Of a stretch of DNA of 64,000 nt, positions 62,174 through 64,000 are shown piece after piece. Below the pieces are notes generated by a model, which was not told the origin of the DNA, searched no databases, and saw nothing but the letters and a program-made list of their open reading frames with translations. Where the stretch lies: assembly GCF_038025025.1 (NCBI RefSeq), contig NW_027117339.1, positions 2,542,001-2,606,000 on the forward strand, written 5' to 3'. How positions within the stretch are numbered: the stretch's first letter is position 1; every line of letters begins with the position of its first letter. Origin of the DNA: Phyllosticta citribraziliensis (Eukaryota). The translations under genes were made by a program, and so were the position numbers.

Positions 62174-63371
62174 ATGTCTACCGACTACAAGTTCGAGGGA
62201 TGGTGCGGTCTTGACCCCAAGGCCGCCGAGGGTAACATGGTCTGGCAGGAGTACGAGCCCAAGCCGTTCTCCGAGGACGACGTCGACATTCAGATTTCCC
62301 ACTGCGGTATCTGCGGCAGGTAAGCTACCCTCTTCAGCATTCGAGCTGCTGCATTGGACTTGGAATTGACGCACTGCAGTGACATCCACTCCCTCCGCTC
62401 CGGCTGGGGCGAGACCCCATACCCTTGCGTCGTTGGCCACGAAATCGTCGGCAAGGCCGTCCGCGTTGGAAAGAACGTCAAGCACATCAAGGAGGGCTCT
62501 CGCGTTGGTGTCGGTGCTCAGGCATCTTCTTGCTTGAAACCCGACTGCGAGGCATGCGCTGATGGCGAGGTCAGTATCCCACCACACGTCTGAAAGTGGT
62601 CTTGTTGTTAACATGTAGCAGGAGAACCACTGCCCCAACACGGTCGGTACCTACTGTTCCAAGTACCCCGACGGAAGCAAGTCCTACGGTGGTTACGCCA
62701 ACTACAATCGCACGCCATCCCACTTCGTCCTCAACATCCCTGAGTCCATTTCCTCGGCCGACGCGGCGCCCATGCTGTGCGGCGGTATCACCGTCTACTC
62801 TCCCCTGAAGCGTGAGGGTTGCGGTCCGGGCAAGAAGGTTGGCATTGTTGGTCTTGGTGGTCTTGGACACTTTGGTGTTCTGTTTGCCAAGGCTCTGGGT
62901 GCTGAGAAGGTCGTCGTCATCTCCCGTACCTCTGGCAAGAAGGCCGACGCGGAGAAGATGGGTGCCGACGGTTTCATTGCTACGGACGAGGACAAGGACT
63001 GGGCCTCCACCAACGCCAACAGCCTTGACCTGATCGTCTCGACCGTCTCTTCGCCGAAGCTGCCTCTCATGGGCTACTTGACGCTGCTCCGCAGGAAGGG
63101 TGTCTTCATCCAGGTCGGTGCTCCCGAGGACGCTCTGCCTCAGTTCAACGCCTTCGCCCTGATTGCCAAGGGCTGTAAGATTGGTGGCTCCCTCATTGGT
63201 CCCCCCTCCGAGATTCAGGAGATGCTGGAGCTCGCTGCCGAGAGGAAGATCAAGCCCTGGATTCAGGAGCGTCCGCTTGACGATGCCAACCAGGCCGTCG
63301 TCGACATGGAGGATGGCAAGGCCAGGTACCGGTACGTCCTGGTCAACCAGAAGGTTGCTGGTAAGCAGTAA
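62174..63371 (+). CDS. NADP-dependent zinc alcohol dehydrogenase (ADH6/7, cinnamyl-ADH family); alternative spliced end at 63436
   Basis: CGICGSDIH, GHEIVG, structural Zn Cys cluster (SCLKPDCEAC..ENHC), APMLCGGITVYSPL, GLGGLGH, ISRT (NADP type), GKARYRYVL. Introns 62320-62379 and 62570-62618/62621. Confidence 0.93.
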
Positions 63372-63775
63372 ATCATCAACGACCCAAAAACCATGACGAA
63401 CGAGACCTAGGGCGTATGGAGAATTCAAAGCTCTGAAGAGAGATAAAATAGATTAACGATTGCGAATTTCCAACATGCCTTCTCATGAGTGCTCCGGTGA
63501 ATTACGTGCTTGCTGTGACGACCCTTCACACAGCGAATTGACGTCAATTTATGGCCGGGTAATATCGTGACAGGCTCGCTTATGCAGATCGTGAGGGGTA
63601 CTTCGCGTACCTGACGGGAACGGAAGGTCGAGAATCATTTGTTGGAGCATCAATTTGTCCGCCAGGCTCTATACGATGCATCCCGGGGATTGGCACCAGC
63701 ATACAAATACGCCGCCATGACTCTGACGGCAGCCGCTGTGGTCATCCAAGGGAACCTCCGGACAGCCAAAAAATC

Positions 63776-64000
63776 ATGCAGCGGCCTTTACTGACTTACT
63801 TGCTTTTTTCTACCATTGGCGCGGCCGAAGACCCCTTCCGGCCATACCCGCTCCCTGATGCACATCTCGCGACGACTTCGTTCCTGGACCACGCGGGCTT
63901 TCTCTCAGGCTTCGATGACGCGCAGTGGTACCTGGACAACATACCCTTCGTCGACTTCCCCGACCAGTCTCTCCAGGATGTTTATTACTACCGTGCCAGC
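63776..64000 (+). CDS. Secreted six-hairpin glycosidase-like protein, N-terminal part only
   Basis: MQRPLLTYLLFSTIGAA (signal peptide)...WYLDNIPFVDFPDQSLQDVYYYR, open to the end of the window. Confidence 0.65.
   Translation, partial: MQRPLLTYLLFSTIGAAEDPFRPYPLPDAHLATTSFLDHAGFLSGFDDAQWYLDNIPFVDFPDQSLQDVYYYRAS

Noticed and set aside
63369..63410. Stop-codon readthrough as the route to a PTS1 in ADH
   Set aside because: The stop is TAA-ATC (not TGA-CTA), and readthrough would hit TAG at 63408-63410 without a PTS1. Only splicing reaches SKL.
1..64000. CRISPR arrays, transposases, LTR/TIR elements, rRNA, TPP riboswitch
   Set aside because: No repeat-spacer arrays, RT/integrase/DDE motifs or recognisable RNA consensus found by eye. 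Degenerate relics cannot be excluded without a search.

Overview
Eukaryotic DNA from a filamentous ascomycete (Pezizomycotina-type). Most introns are about 50-60 nt, GT-AG, with CTRAC branch points. About 24 protein genes can be supported, mostly housekeeping: an HExxH metallopeptidase, a Whi5-like repressor, two tandem SMP-like microproteins, Sds23, a secreted BBE-like FAD oxidase, a small mitochondrial membrane protein, Ant1, PalB/Rim13, an Osh protein, AMSH, Mtf1, MRPL36, a flavin reductase-like protein, Med11, Taf5, Fmp25, Cog3, Emc6, vezatin, an NADP-dependent ADH, a partial secreted glycosidase and two uncharacterised proteins. There are two intron-containing tRNA genes (Val-AAC, Ala-CGC). 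No CRISPR array, intact transposon or biosynthetic cluster was seen. The most interesting signals are in splicing and regulation. (1) A hidden 50-nt intron across the ADH stop codon would swap its C-terminus for a perfect peroxisomal signal (-RMENSKL). (2) TAF5 has an 878-nt first intron with an in-frame alternative acceptor leading into a long intronic ORF. (3) Three GC-AG introns are needed in two neighbouring genes. (4) Two duplicated microprotein genes keep the same ordered promoter motif blocks. All calls were made by eye from motifs; no database searches were run.
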